Shown here: positions 1-7,376 of the stretch, piece by piece | Layout: each line of letters starts with the position of its first letter | Position numbering within the stretch: position 1 is the stretch's first letter | Program-made: the position numbers and the translations under genes | Virus record (IMG/VR): IMGVR_UViG_3300010398_000027 | Span: 1 to 31,749 of that record | Strand: one strand, 5' to 3' | DNA from: a virus | Taxonomy: Duplodnaviria > Caudoviricetes | Length of the DNA stretch: 31,749 nucleotides | The notes under the pieces: model-generated | What the model saw: only the letters and a program-made list of their open reading frames with translations | Database searches by the model: none | What the model was told of the DNA's origin: nothing

Positions 1-93
1 CCATCGAAACCACCGCGCGAGCGCCAGGACCAGGCACACGCTACTGCACAGCCAGCCGATCACCATCCACGCCCAGGCCGGCAGCTCGAGCAT
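1..93 (-). CDS. Partial small membrane protein (runs off window)
   Basis: ATG at 93 overlaps the TGA of the upstream gene (TGATG); MLELPAWAWMVIGWLCSSVCLVLALARWFRW is one hydrophobic segment. Confidence 0.55.
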   Translation of the reverse strand, partial: MLELPAWAWMVIGWLCSSVCLVLALARWFRW

Positions 94-401
94 CAGCGCG
101 GCACGCTCTCGTCGACCATCTCGTCGGGCCAGTACGCCGAACCCTGCTCGGCCTCGCGTTCGATGTCCGCGGTGCGGTACGCGTCGGCGAGCTCCTCGAG
201 TCGCTGGACGATGCGCGCCAGGCTCAGGCCCAGGTCGCTGTTGCGACGGATGGCGTCCCACGCGCCGGCCTGCCAGGCGTCGCACCACAGACGCCCGAGC
301 ACTTCGGGCGGCACGTCATGCAGCAACGCGGCCTCGCTGGGATGGCGCGCCAGCCACCGGAAGTACTCCTTGCGCTGGGCGTCCTCGAGCGTGGTCGTCA
401 C
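93..401 (-). CDS. Hypothetical phage protein, paralogue of 4811..5086
   Basis: Translationally coupled to neighbours; EYFRW..HP...LWCDAWQAG resembles EFFRW..HP...VWGAAWRAG. Confidence 0.7.
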   Translation of the reverse strand: MTTTLEDAQRKEYFRWLARHPSEAALLHDVPPEVLGRLWCDAWQAGAWDAIRRNSDLGLSLARIVQRLEELADAYRTADIEREAEQGSAYWPDEMVDESVPR

Positions 402-583
402 GCCACCTCGGCGACAGGCTTTTTGGCCATGCTGCGCCGGACGATGCGTTCGAGCTGCACGCTCGCCCAGTCTCGAGGGTCCTGGCGCGCGTCCTGGGCT
501 AACTCAAACAGGCGGTCCCAGTATTCGTCGCGCACGGGCACCCGCAAGATCCGCTCCGCGGCTGAGCGGTACGCACTTGACAT
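398..583 (-). CDS. Small DNA-binding protein, possible ribbon-helix-helix (Arc/CopG-like)
   Basis: GAGGG SD before ATG; alternating strand ILRVPV followed by two predicted helices; first gene of a leftward operon. Confidence 0.55.
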   Translation of the reverse strand: MSSAYRSAAERILRVPVRDEYWDRLFELAQDARQDPRDWASVQLERIVRRSMAKKPVAEVA

Positions 584-594
584 AGCCCTCTAAC

Positions 595-638
595 TGTGCA
601 GCGGGTCGGTGTGCACGCGATCGTGCAAAGACTGTGCA
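595..638 (-). promoter_or_regulatory. TGCAC(A/G) box array 1
   Basis: Four YGTGCA copies at 595, 610, 622, 633, upstream of gene 583. Confidence 0.6.
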
Positions 639-715
639 ATTTCGGACCAATTTTCGAGGGGTGATGAAACTGTAACGCTCGTCTATGGAGCCACTACGCG
701 CGCTTTCGCACTCGT

Positions 716-730
716 GTACTGCGGCAGTAC
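716..730. promoter_or_regulatory. Palindromic operator GTACTGC-G-GCAGTAC
   Basis: Perfect 7-bp arms ending 13 nt before the XRE ATG; half-site resembles boxes at 4107-4152. Confidence 0.55.
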
Positions 731-743
731 CGTTGCCTTAGGC

Positions 744-992
744 ATGCCGAAGTTGAGCACTGGTACACTAGCGCCTCGCTCCGGTATCTCTCGGGCCGTG
801 CTTGTGCCACACCTCGAACGCAAGCGGCGGGAGGCAGCACTGTCGCAGAAGGACCTGGCTCAGCTCGCCGGCGTCTCCCGCGCGACCATCGGCCGCGGCG
901 AGGACGGCGAGGATATTCGCTTGTCCAGCGTGCGGAAGTTGGCGCTCGCGCTCAAGTGCCGTCCCGTAGACCTGACCGGCCCACTGAGCTGA
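744..992 (+). CDS. XRE-family helix-turn-helix transcriptional regulator
   Basis: LERKRREAALSQKDLAQLAGVSRATIGRGEDG...SVRKLALAL, classic HTH_3 pattern; ATG 744 preferred over GTG 609. Confidence 0.9.
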   Translation: MPKLSTGTLAPRSGISRAVLVPHLERKRREAALSQKDLAQLAGVSRATIGRGEDGEDIRLSSVRKLALALKCRPVDLTGPLS

Positions 993-1074
993 CCCCGCAA
1001 CCTGGTGTGGCATTACAGTCGCCTTAGTGCGACACTGTCAAGTGAACATCCGAGGCGTGCCGGCACACAATCTT

Positions 1075-1103
1075 TGCACGATCCTTGCACGGTCGCTTGC
1101 ACA
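1075..1103 (+). promoter_or_regulatory. TGCAC(A/G) box array 2
   Basis: TGCACG/TGCACG/TGCACA at 1075, 1086, 1098; 1066-1083 is a 17/18 inverted match to 619-636. Confidence 0.6.
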
Positions 1104-1144
1104 GCTGAGCGCCGCACACTAGGACATATCCAGGCAACCACGCG

Positions 1145-1951
1145 GTGACAGAGGATGGCACGGGAGACGTCGCCTACGGGGTCGAAGGGGAAAGGGAGCG
1201 TTCACAGTTTGATTCGATGCAGAGCAGGCACCAGCAGCCGTGGCACAGCCCCGCCGGCACTCCACGGGGGCCACAGTGGCCCATCAACATCATCATGGAC
1301 AAGACCTATGCCGCCGCACGCCTCCTTGCACGCCCACGCTCGAAGGCGGACTTCTGCAGCCATCTCCGCATTGCGCGGCATACCTATCTGCGCTACCTCA
1401 GCGCGGTCGGCATGTTCTGGTATCCCAATCAGGGGCCACCGCCCGAGGATCACCTGGTCATGGTCGTCACCTGCAGCGATCACGTCCTGCAGTGGGTCTC
1501 GGCGTCGGTGAGCGCCGCGGTGGGTGTGCCGCGCGACGAGCTCATCGGCCAGGACATTCGCCTGGCGCTGCGTCGCGGTCGCCAGCAGCAAGTGCACTAC
1601 GACCGCTTCGCGCAGATCATCCAGGCGCTGCGCGCCGGCCTGCTCGAGCCACCCATCGGCGAGTGCGAGACGTACCTGCTACAGCATGACGGGCGGCGCC
1701 TGCCGCTGCACCTGCGCGTGACCTACGGCCAGGAATTCGACTGCGTCTTTATCGACGCCACCGCAGGCCGACCCGAGGAGGACGGATCCCCCACGGCCGA
1801 CACGTTCAATGTCGTACCGAACCTCGTCCTGCGGCAGGGCGTGACACCCGACCAGGTCGAGGTCCTGGACATGGACGGCCTGCTGCGGCTGTACCGGGAG
1901 TCCTTGCCGCCCTACAGCTTTCAGGGAGGCGATGGCACAGTGCACGATTGA
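1145..1951 (+). CDS. PAS-domain protein with possible N-terminal HTH
   Basis: LQWVSASVSAAVGVPRDELIGQDI and ETYLLQHDGRRLPLHLRVT match PAS/PAC patterns; SKADFCSHLRIARHTYLRYL resembles an HTH; true start uncertain. Confidence 0.65.
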   Translation: MTEDGTGDVAYGVEGERERSQFDSMQSRHQQPWHSPAGTPRGPQWPINIIMDKTYAAARLLARPRSKADFCSHLRIARHTYLRYLSAVGMFWYPNQGPPPEDHLVMVVTCSDHVLQWVSASVSAAVGVPRDELIGQDIRLALRRGRQQQVHYDRFAQIIQALRAGLLEPPIGECETYLLQHDGRRLPLHLRVTYGQEFDCVFIDATAGRPEEDGSPTADTFNVVPNLVLRQGVTPDQVEVLDMDGLLRLYRESLPPYSFQGGDGTVHD

Positions 1952-1981
1952 TTGCACGGGTCGTGCACGATCGCGTGCACA
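1941..1981 (+). promoter_or_regulatory. TGCAC(A/G) box array 3
   Basis: Four copies at 1941, 1953, 1964, 1976 (12/11/12 spacing); 1964-1982 is a perfect 19-bp inverted copy of 609-627. Confidence 0.6.
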
Positions 1982-2005
1982 CGCGGCGTGCGCATACTGG
2001 CCGGT

Positions 2006-2149
2006 GTGCCCGAGCAAAATGACGTGGTCATCGTCAGCCACTACGCGAGCGAGGACGCGCCGGAGTGCATCCAGGCGTTGCTACTGCTGCTGCTGGCCGT
2101 CAAGCCGCTGCGTCCGCAAGACCAACCCCGAGACGACACAGCAGCGTGA
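2006..2149 (+). CDS. Small hypothetical protein convergent on the integrase
   Basis: GTG 7 nt after a CATACT -10-like hexamer (leaderless geometry); 47 aa; overlaps the integrase 3' end. Confidence 0.4.
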   Translation: MPEQNDVVIVSHYASEDAPECIQALLLLLLAVKPLRPQDQPRDDTAA

Positions 2150-3806
2150 GTGCATTGTTGTCACTAGCGCTGCCGTTAGTGACAACAACAGCACTACGCG
2201 CGCGCTGTCCGAAATAGAAGTACACATCGACCGTCGCCCGTTTGCGGCGGCGGCGGCCATCGTTGTTGATGCCCACGATTTCGGTGGTTACCACGATCTT
2301 GGCCACCAGTCGCTCCACGATCTGACGCTTGCGCTCAAGGTCATTGTTGCGCGAGATCTCGTCGACGTTGTCCTGGATCTGGTGCAGCAGGGTCGCGGCC
2401 GTGCTGACGGCACGTTCCTGCTGCTCGGCGAGTTCGCGCTCGTTGCGCATGCTGTCGAGCTCGAGACGCAGCGCCGCGGACTCGGCACTGATCGCGTCCA
2501 GGTCCTCCTGCAATTCATCGAGCGTGCTCAGTCCGCGACGCGCCATCTCGCGCGCACGCTGGCGTTCTCCGTCCTTGGCGGCGAGTGCCCTACGCAATTC
2601 CGACTCGCGCTTGGCACGCCCGGCAACCGTGCCGAGGCGCCGTCGCAGTTCGGCCTGTGCGAGGGCCAACGTCTGCTGCGGGTCGGCAGCGAACTCCTTG
2701 ATCTTCGACCAGACGTAGTCCTCGAGCGGCAGCGCGTACACCATCTTGCCGATGCAACGATCGCCGGCTTCGGGGTTCACCGTGCCGATCTGGGCGTTAC
2801 AGCGGTAGTAGCCATCAGGTCGGTTCACCGGCCGACGACTGTGCTGATAGGTATGTGCATACCCGCCACCGCAATTGCCGCAACGAATCAGACCGCGGAG
2901 CAGGTAGGTCTGTTTGGCGTTGCGCTTGCTAAGGACCCGGTTGCGCTGCATGTTGCGGTTCGCCAGATCCCACGTCGCGTCATCCACCAACGGCGGCACC
3001 TCGCGCGTGATCGTGCCGGCCTTCGAGTTGTACACGTGCGCGCCCCTGTACGCAGGATTCATGACCATCTGACGGATCCGCGAGGGAAGCCAGGTTTTGC
3101 CTCGGTCGACAACGGTCCCGTTGCCGTAGCGCCGCGCGGTCGAGACGTGCAAGGCGTTGAGGCGCCGCGCTTCGTTGATGGTAGAGGCACCCTCGTAGGC
3201 GAAGCGATGAAAGACGCTAGCCGCAAGTTCTGCCTCAGTGAAACCCGTACCCTCTGCGATCCGATCGCTGGGCACGAGCAAGCCGCACGACTCGGTGGTC
3301 ATGTAGCCAAAGGGGACTGGTCCACACGTCCAGCGCGAGGCGCGCACCTGGCGATCACGGCCTTTGGTCATTTCCTGCAGGATCGTGGCGCGATGCAAGC
3401 GCGCGACGCTGGCGTGGACGTCGCGGATGAACTCGCCCTGCGGACTGCTATCGAATTGCTCGGCGAGCGACAGCAATGTGCAGTTCAGCGACGCCAGCGT
3501 GCGCATGGCACAGGCGTAGACCCAGATGTCGCCGCGGGTGATGCGACTCATGCGCGTGATGACGAGCACCGGATTCTGGTTGGTGAACGGGCGCATGGCC
3601 TCGATCAACTCCAGAGCTCGCGGCCGATCCTCGAGCAGCAGCGTGCCGCTGGCAGGATCGTCCCAGAACTCGCCGGCGACCCAAACTTGACGCTCAGTCT
3701 GCCACTGCCGCAGATCATGCTGCTGCGACTCAATGGTGCCGTCTTCGGCCTGGTCTTCGGAACTCACCCGACCGTAGAAGAAATGGGGGCGTTCTATACT
3801 TTGCAT
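2100..3806 (-). CDS. Large serine recombinase (integrase)
   Basis: Catalytic YGRVSSEDQ, RMSRITR, recombinase domain (PFGY...NPAYRG...PPLVD), zinc ribbon LLRGLIRCGNCG...YYRC, coiled coil; start may be ATG 3806 or TTG 3866. Confidence 0.95.
   Translation of the reverse strand: MQSIERPHFFYGRVSSEDQAEDGTIESQQHDLRQWQTERQVWVAGEFWDDPASGTLLLEDRPRALELIEAMRPFTNQNPVLVITRMSRITRGDIWVYACAMRTLASLNCTLLSLAEQFDSSPQGEFIRDVHASVARLHRATILQEMTKGRDRQVRASRWTCGPVPFGYMTTESCGLLVPSDRIAEGTGFTEAELAASVFHRFAYEGASTINEARRLNALHVSTARRYGNGTVVDRGKTWLPSRIRQMVMNPAYRGAHVYNSKAGTITREVPPLVDDATWDLANRNMQRNRVLSKRNAKQTYLLRGLIRCGNCGGGYAHTYQHSRRPVNRPDGYYRCNAQIGTVNPEAGDRCIGKMVYALPLEDYVWSKIKEFAADPQQTLALAQAELRRRLGTVAGRAKRESELRRALAAKDGERQRAREMARRGLSTLDELQEDLDAISAESAALRLELDSMRNERELAEQQERAVSTAATLLHQIQDNVDEISRNNDLERKRQIVERLVAKIVVTTEIVGINNDGRRRRKRATVDVYFYFGQRARSAVVVTNGSASDNNALTLLCRLGVGLADAAA
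2149..2195. mobile_element. Candidate attP of the serine integrase
   Basis: Inverted repeat TTGTTGTCACTA (2155-2166) / TAGTGACAACAA (2177-2188), extended by AGTGC/GCACT; about 47 bp, relatively AT-rich. Confidence 0.55.
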
Positions 3807-3884
3807 TGCAGGTCGGGTCGTCCTTTCCAAAGCTTTCTGATCTGCGGGCCCCGCGTCTCCATGCAACTGACGCGGGGTATTTCT

Positions 3885-4100
3885 TTAGTCTGGCCTGGCA
3901 CCGATGGTAATCGCCGTGGGTGGCACGCCGAGCGCGTGGGCAACTCTGCGGAGAGTGCTCGGACGGACGGGTGAGCCGCGCTCCAGGCGCATGATGGTGA
4001 AGCGGTCGAGGCCGGCGCGGGCGGCGAGGTCGATCTGGGACAGCGCGTGCTGGTAGCGCAGGGCGCGCACGCGCTGGCCAATGGGGTCGCTGATTTCCAT
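3885..4100 (-). CDS. XRE-family HTH repressor upstream of the integrase
   Basis: IGQRVRALRYQHALSQIDLAARAGLDRFTIMRLERG...TLRRVAHALGV; extended -10 (TGcTACAGT) 7 nt upstream suggests leaderless mRNA. Confidence 0.9.
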   Translation of the reverse strand: MEISDPIGQRVRALRYQHALSQIDLAARAGLDRFTIMRLERGSPVRPSTLRRVAHALGVPPTAITIGARPD

Positions 4101-4106
4101 GACCAC

Positions 4107-4162
4107 TACTGTAGCATATTGGGATGCCTAATGTTGCAGTATCGCTGCAGTAGCGGTATACT
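4107..4162 (+). promoter_or_regulatory. Divergent switch region with sigma70-type promoter TTGCAG-N17-TATACT and three TACTGYRRCR boxes
   Basis: -35 at 4134-4139, -10 at 4157-4162; boxes at 4107-4116 (+), 4132-4141 (-), 4143-4152 (-). Confidence 0.7.
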
Positions 4163-4244
4163 ACGGTCATGACACACAGAGAGCAGGCCAGCGCTCGTGA
4201 CGCCGACCTGCTCGTGGTCAACAGCTAGTAGGAGCCATCGACCA

Positions 4245-4625
4245 ATGCTTACTCTAACCGCCTTCCCCAGCACCGACCCCCGCAGCGCGCGCGCCGTCGC
4301 CATCGCCGCCGATGCCGGCCAGTGGCTCAAGTGCCGCGACCGCTCCGGCCGCAAGGCGTACGGCATCCGCTCCAGCCGCGACACCGACGAGATCTACTTC
4401 GTCACGCGCACCAGCTGCACCTGCTTCGACGCGCGTCGCCACGACTGCAAGCACATGCTGGCCGTGCAATTGCATTGCGCGCAGGTCGAGGAGGAGCGGC
4501 ACGCCGACATCTTCGCCCGTTTCGAGCAGGACGACAGGCCGCTGCCGACGCCCGAGCTCGCGCGCATCCTCGGCCGACCACGGCGCGGCGTCATCCCCGC
4601 CAGCCAGATCGCGCGGGAGGACTGA
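4245..4625 (+). CDS. SWIM zinc-finger protein
   Basis: YFVTRTSCTCFDARRHDCKHMLAV (CxC...CKH); AGGAG SD upstream. Confidence 0.85.
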   Translation: MLTLTAFPSTDPRSARAVAIAADAGQWLKCRDRSGRKAYGIRSSRDTDEIYFVTRTSCTCFDARRHDCKHMLAVQLHCAQVEEERHADIFARFEQDDRPLPTPELARILGRPRRGVIPASQIARED

Positions 4626-4628
4626 GCC

Positions 4629-4814
4629 ATGACGACGCAGTCCGAGCCGACGCTCCTCGTATGGGGCTGCGGCCACGTCTGGCCCGTGCGCCTCGCGGTC
4701 GATCCTGTCAAAGCGGCCGAGCAGATCGCCGCCTACACCCAGATCGACTGCATCGCGTGCGCGAAAGCGTCCCGGATGCCGACCCGCGGCATCACCTGGG
4801 CAGATGTGCGATGA
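4629..4814 (+). CDS. Small Cys/His zinc-binding protein
   Basis: CGH...CIAC; coupled to the next gene (ATGA). Confidence 0.65.
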   Translation: MTTQSEPTLLVWGCGHVWPVRLAVDPVKAAEQIAAYTQIDCIACAKASRMPTRGITWADVR

Positions 4815-5086
4815 CCGCCCCGCTGCAGCTCACCAGCGCCGCGGGCGAATTCTTTAGGTGGAAGCACTATCACCCGCACGAGTCGGAGGATCCCGCCGCA
4901 GTGTGGGGCGCCGCCTGGCGCGCGGGCGGGCGCGCCGCGCTGCAGGACAGCGCTCGTCTGGTCGACCTCGTGCCCGTGCTGCGCGAGCTGCTGTGCCTGC
5001 TCGAGGACGGCCGCGTCGAGGACGTGCTCCGGCGCACCGATCGCCGCCCGCGGCCCATCTTCGACGACCAAGAGCTGGCCTTTTGA
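4811..5086 (+). CDS. Hypothetical protein, paralogue of 93..401
   Basis: MTAPLQ...; ATGA overlap upstream and TGATG overlap downstream. Confidence 0.7.
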   Translation: MTAPLQLTSAAGEFFRWKHYHPHESEDPAAVWGAAWRAGGRAALQDSARLVDLVPVLRELLCLLEDGRVEDVLRRTDRRPRPIFDDQELAF

Positions 5087-5217
5087 TGACGGCCGCCGAC
5101 GTACTTATCCAACGGCTCGCCGCAGCGATTGAGATGGTCCTTCAAGACGAAGAGGATTTGCGGCTCTTCCGCGACTGGCTAGCCCTGTATCACGCGCGCC
5201 GGCATCAGAAATCATGA
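5086..5217 (+). CDS. Small helical hypothetical protein
   Basis: MTAADVLIQRLAAAIEMVLQ..., 43 aa, coupled on both sides. Confidence 0.6.
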   Translation: MTAADVLIQRLAAAIEMVLQDEEDLRLFRDWLALYHARRHQKS

Positions 5218-5585
5218 ATGGCCGCGTGCAGACGCAGGACGTCGAGGGCCTCGTCGAAAGCGTCAACGCCACCGGCCTGAAACTCGGTGGCGCGTGGGTC
5301 AATGTCTCGCGATTCCATCCGATCGACATGCCCGAGACGGGCGCGCATGTGCGCATGAAAGTCGATTCGAAGGGATACATCGTGTCACTGGAAAACCTGT
5401 CGCCGAAGGACACGCCCGCCGTTGTGCATGACCGGGACGAGCGCATCACGCGATTAGCAGTTTTGAAAGCCGCGGCGGAGTTCGTCGGATTGTGGGGTCA
5501 GACACGGGAGGAGGTGAAGTCGGAACACGTCCTGGTGATCGCCGACAAGTGGTTGGAGTGGGTCACGCGTGAGGGGGTTGGATGA
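5214..5585 (+). CDS. Hypothetical protein, possible OB-fold nucleic-acid binder
   Basis: Beta-rich N-half (VEGLVESVNATGLKLGGAWVNVS...VRMKVD), helical C-half; coupled. Confidence 0.6.
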   Translation: MNGRVQTQDVEGLVESVNATGLKLGGAWVNVSRFHPIDMPETGAHVRMKVDSKGYIVSLENLSPKDTPAVVHDRDERITRLAVLKAAAEFVGLWGQTREEVKSEHVLVIADKWLEWVTREGVG

Positions 5586-5725
5586 GATACTGGCGTTGCC
5601 GTCTGCCGGGCTGGCTGGATGTTGTTCTGTGGCCGATGGTGGGCCACCTGATCGTGTTCAAGGCTGGGTACGCTTGCTGCGAGCGCTGCCCGTGGCGCGA
5701 GCCGCTGCCGGTATTTTTTGGATGA
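5582..5725 (+). CDS. Small Cys-rich hypothetical protein (not in ORF track)
   Basis: MRYWRCRLPG...GHLIV...CCERCPW..., 47 aa; ATGA overlap upstream and TGATG downstream. Confidence 0.55.
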   Translation: MRYWRCRLPGWLDVVLWPMVGHLIVFKAGYACCERCPWREPLPVFFG

Positions 5726-5916
5726 TGCGGGTGATGACCGAGACCGAGCACGCCGCCACACAGCAAGCGCTCGAGGACCTGCAGCGGCTGCACGTCTCGC
5801 TACTGATTCAGATCGACCAGCTCGATCGCGAGGTGCGCCGTCTCCGCTGGTGGGTGCTCGCCCACGCGCTGTTGCTGCTCACGCTGGCCGTCATCGTGCT
5901 CGAGGCGCGGCCGTGA
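5725..5916 (+). CDS. Coiled-coil protein with C-terminal transmembrane helix
   Basis: LLIQIDQLDREVRRLR followed by WWVLAHALLLLTLAVIVL. Confidence 0.65.
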   Translation: MRVMTETEHAATQQALEDLQRLHVSLLIQIDQLDREVRRLRWWVLAHALLLLTLAVIVLEARP

Positions 5917-5951
5917 GCCAGTTCGTCGAGGCGACGTGCGTCCACCGCGCG

Positions 5952-5994
5952 CGCGCACACACCCAACTCCCCGGCCTCCGGCAGGCCCCCCCTA
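5952..5994 (+). repeat. 43-bp direct repeat, copy 1
   Basis: CGCGCACACACCCAACTCCCCGGCCTCCGGCAGGCCCCCCCTA. Confidence 0.95.
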
Positions 5995-6020
5995 CACAGG
6001 ACGTAACGATCAGGAGCGAT

Positions 6021-6215
6021 ATGTCTGATAAACAACCATGGGAGCGCGTCGGCGGATCGTTCGTCTGGCGAGGCAACAGGGGCCAAGCCAGCCTGCCAGG
6101 ACGGTGTTGTGCTGAGCCGAAACCGACGATCGTCGGTGACTGCGGCCAGGGCTGCTGCGATGACTACGAGTGTCAGACGTGTGGCAAACGCTGGCGCTAC
6201 GAGTGGCCCGACTGA
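6021..6215 (+). CDS. Small Cys-rich (zinc ribbon-like) protein between the direct repeats
   Basis: AGGAG SD; CC...CGQGCC...CQTCGKRW. Confidence 0.65.
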   Translation: MSDKQPWERVGGSFVWRGNRGQASLPGRCCAEPKPTIVGDCGQGCCDDYECQTCGKRWRYEWPD

Positions 6216-6231
6216 GAACGATTAGTCAGGT

Positions 6232-6274
6232 CGCGCACACACCCAACTCCCCGGCCTCCGGCAGGCTCCCCCTA
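6232..6274 (+). repeat. 43-bp direct repeat, copy 2
   Basis: 42/43 identical to 5952-5994; period 280 bp. Confidence 0.95.
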
Positions 6275-6307
6275 TCTCGGATTCACGCATAGACTGAGCG
6301 CTGCGCC

Positions 6308-7099
6308 ATGCTGGTCCTGAGTCTGTTTCCTGGCATCGGTCTGCTCGATATGGCGTTCGAGCAGGAGGGCTTTACAATCGTGCGCGGGCCTGACGTGCTC
6401 TGGGGTGGCGACATCCGCCGCTTCCATCCACCAGCCGGCGTGTTCGATGGCGTGATCGGCGGGCCACCGTGCCAGGCGTTCAGTCGACTTGCGATCATGG
6501 TGCGTCATAACGGCTATGAGCCAAGGTTCGGGAATCTCATTCCGGAATTTGAGCGGTGCGTGGCCGAGGCAGCACCGAGCTGGTTTCTGATGGAGAACGT
6601 ACCGGCGGCACCGCGACCCGTCGTTGAGGGGTATCACGTGCGTTCGCAGGTGGTGAACAACCGCTGGTTCGAGGCGAACAACGGTGTCGGCGCCGAGCAA
6701 CATCGAACTCGAGCGCTTTCATTCGGTACACGCGATGGTCGCGCGCTCGAGTTCGATGTGGCACTGTGGGAGCATTCGGAGTTCGCTGCTGGTGACACCA
6801 GCAGCGAAGGTGGTGGAGTGATGCGCGGCCGCCGGGCAGCATTGGAGCCCGGCGGCCTCCTGCCGTCACAGCGAGCCGAGCGAGGATTCGCGGTCACTGC
6901 CGGCCACGGCGGAGGCACCAGCAAGCAATATGTCTATTCGCTGGAGGATGCCTGTGAACTCCAGGGCTTGCCGCGGGATTTCACAGAGCACATGCCATTC
7001 CGGAAGGACATGAAGCTCAAGGCCGTCGCCAACGGCGTGCCACTGCCGATGGGCCGCGCCATTGCTCGCGCCGTGAAGCGCGCGGTTGTTGACCAGTAG
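6308..7099 (+). CDS. DNA (cytosine-5) methyltransferase, orphan
   Basis: Motifs I SLFPGIG, IV GGPPCQ, VI ENV, VIII QHRTR, X ANGVPLPMGRAIA. Confidence 0.93.
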   Translation: MLVLSLFPGIGLLDMAFEQEGFTIVRGPDVLWGGDIRRFHPPAGVFDGVIGGPPCQAFSRLAIMVRHNGYEPRFGNLIPEFERCVAEAAPSWFLMENVPAAPRPVVEGYHVRSQVVNNRWFEANNGVGAEQHRTRALSFGTRDGRALEFDVALWEHSEFAAGDTSSEGGGVMRGRRAALEPGGLLPSQRAERGFAVTAGHGGGTSKQYVYSLEDACELQGLPRDFTEHMPFRKDMKLKAVANGVPLPMGRAIARAVKRAVVDQ

Positions 7100-7100
7100 C

Positions 7101-7292
7101 CTACATCGGCCGGCCACACGTCGGGCAGCGGGGTAAGGCGACCTCGCGTTCGATCCAGGCGATGAGCGCTTTCCTCCGCGCCGCGCCGAGATACGGGCCG
7201 TAGGACCACGGCGAGTCCCGAATCCAGCGCACCAGCTGCGCGACGGTCCAGGTTCGCCAGTCGTCCGGCAGCGGTGAGGGCGCGGTCGTCAC
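7101..7292 (-). CDS. Hypothetical protein with C-terminal CPTCG
   Basis: GTG at 7292 overlapping a GGAG; DWRTWTVAQLVRWI...RCPTCGRP; start uncertain. Confidence 0.5.
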   Translation of the reverse strand: MTTAPSPLPDDWRTWTVAQLVRWIRDSPWSYGPYLGAARRKALIAWIEREVALPRCPTCGRPM

Positions 7293-7376
7293 TCCGACTA
7301 CGCCGCGCTCGGCCTGGGCGTGCCCATCAGGAACCGGCGAGACCTGATGCCGCACAACGGCTCGCCCAGCCTCACC

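Noticed and set aside
1932-3974. 680-aa plus-strand ORF
   Set aside because: Antisense shadow of the integrase in high-GC DNA; no motifs or SD.
5952-6274. CRISPR array or integron attC (ACCCAAC fits RYYYAAC)
   Set aside because: Only two repeats with a 237-bp interval, no cas genes, no matching GTTRRRY box and no tyrosine integrase in the window.
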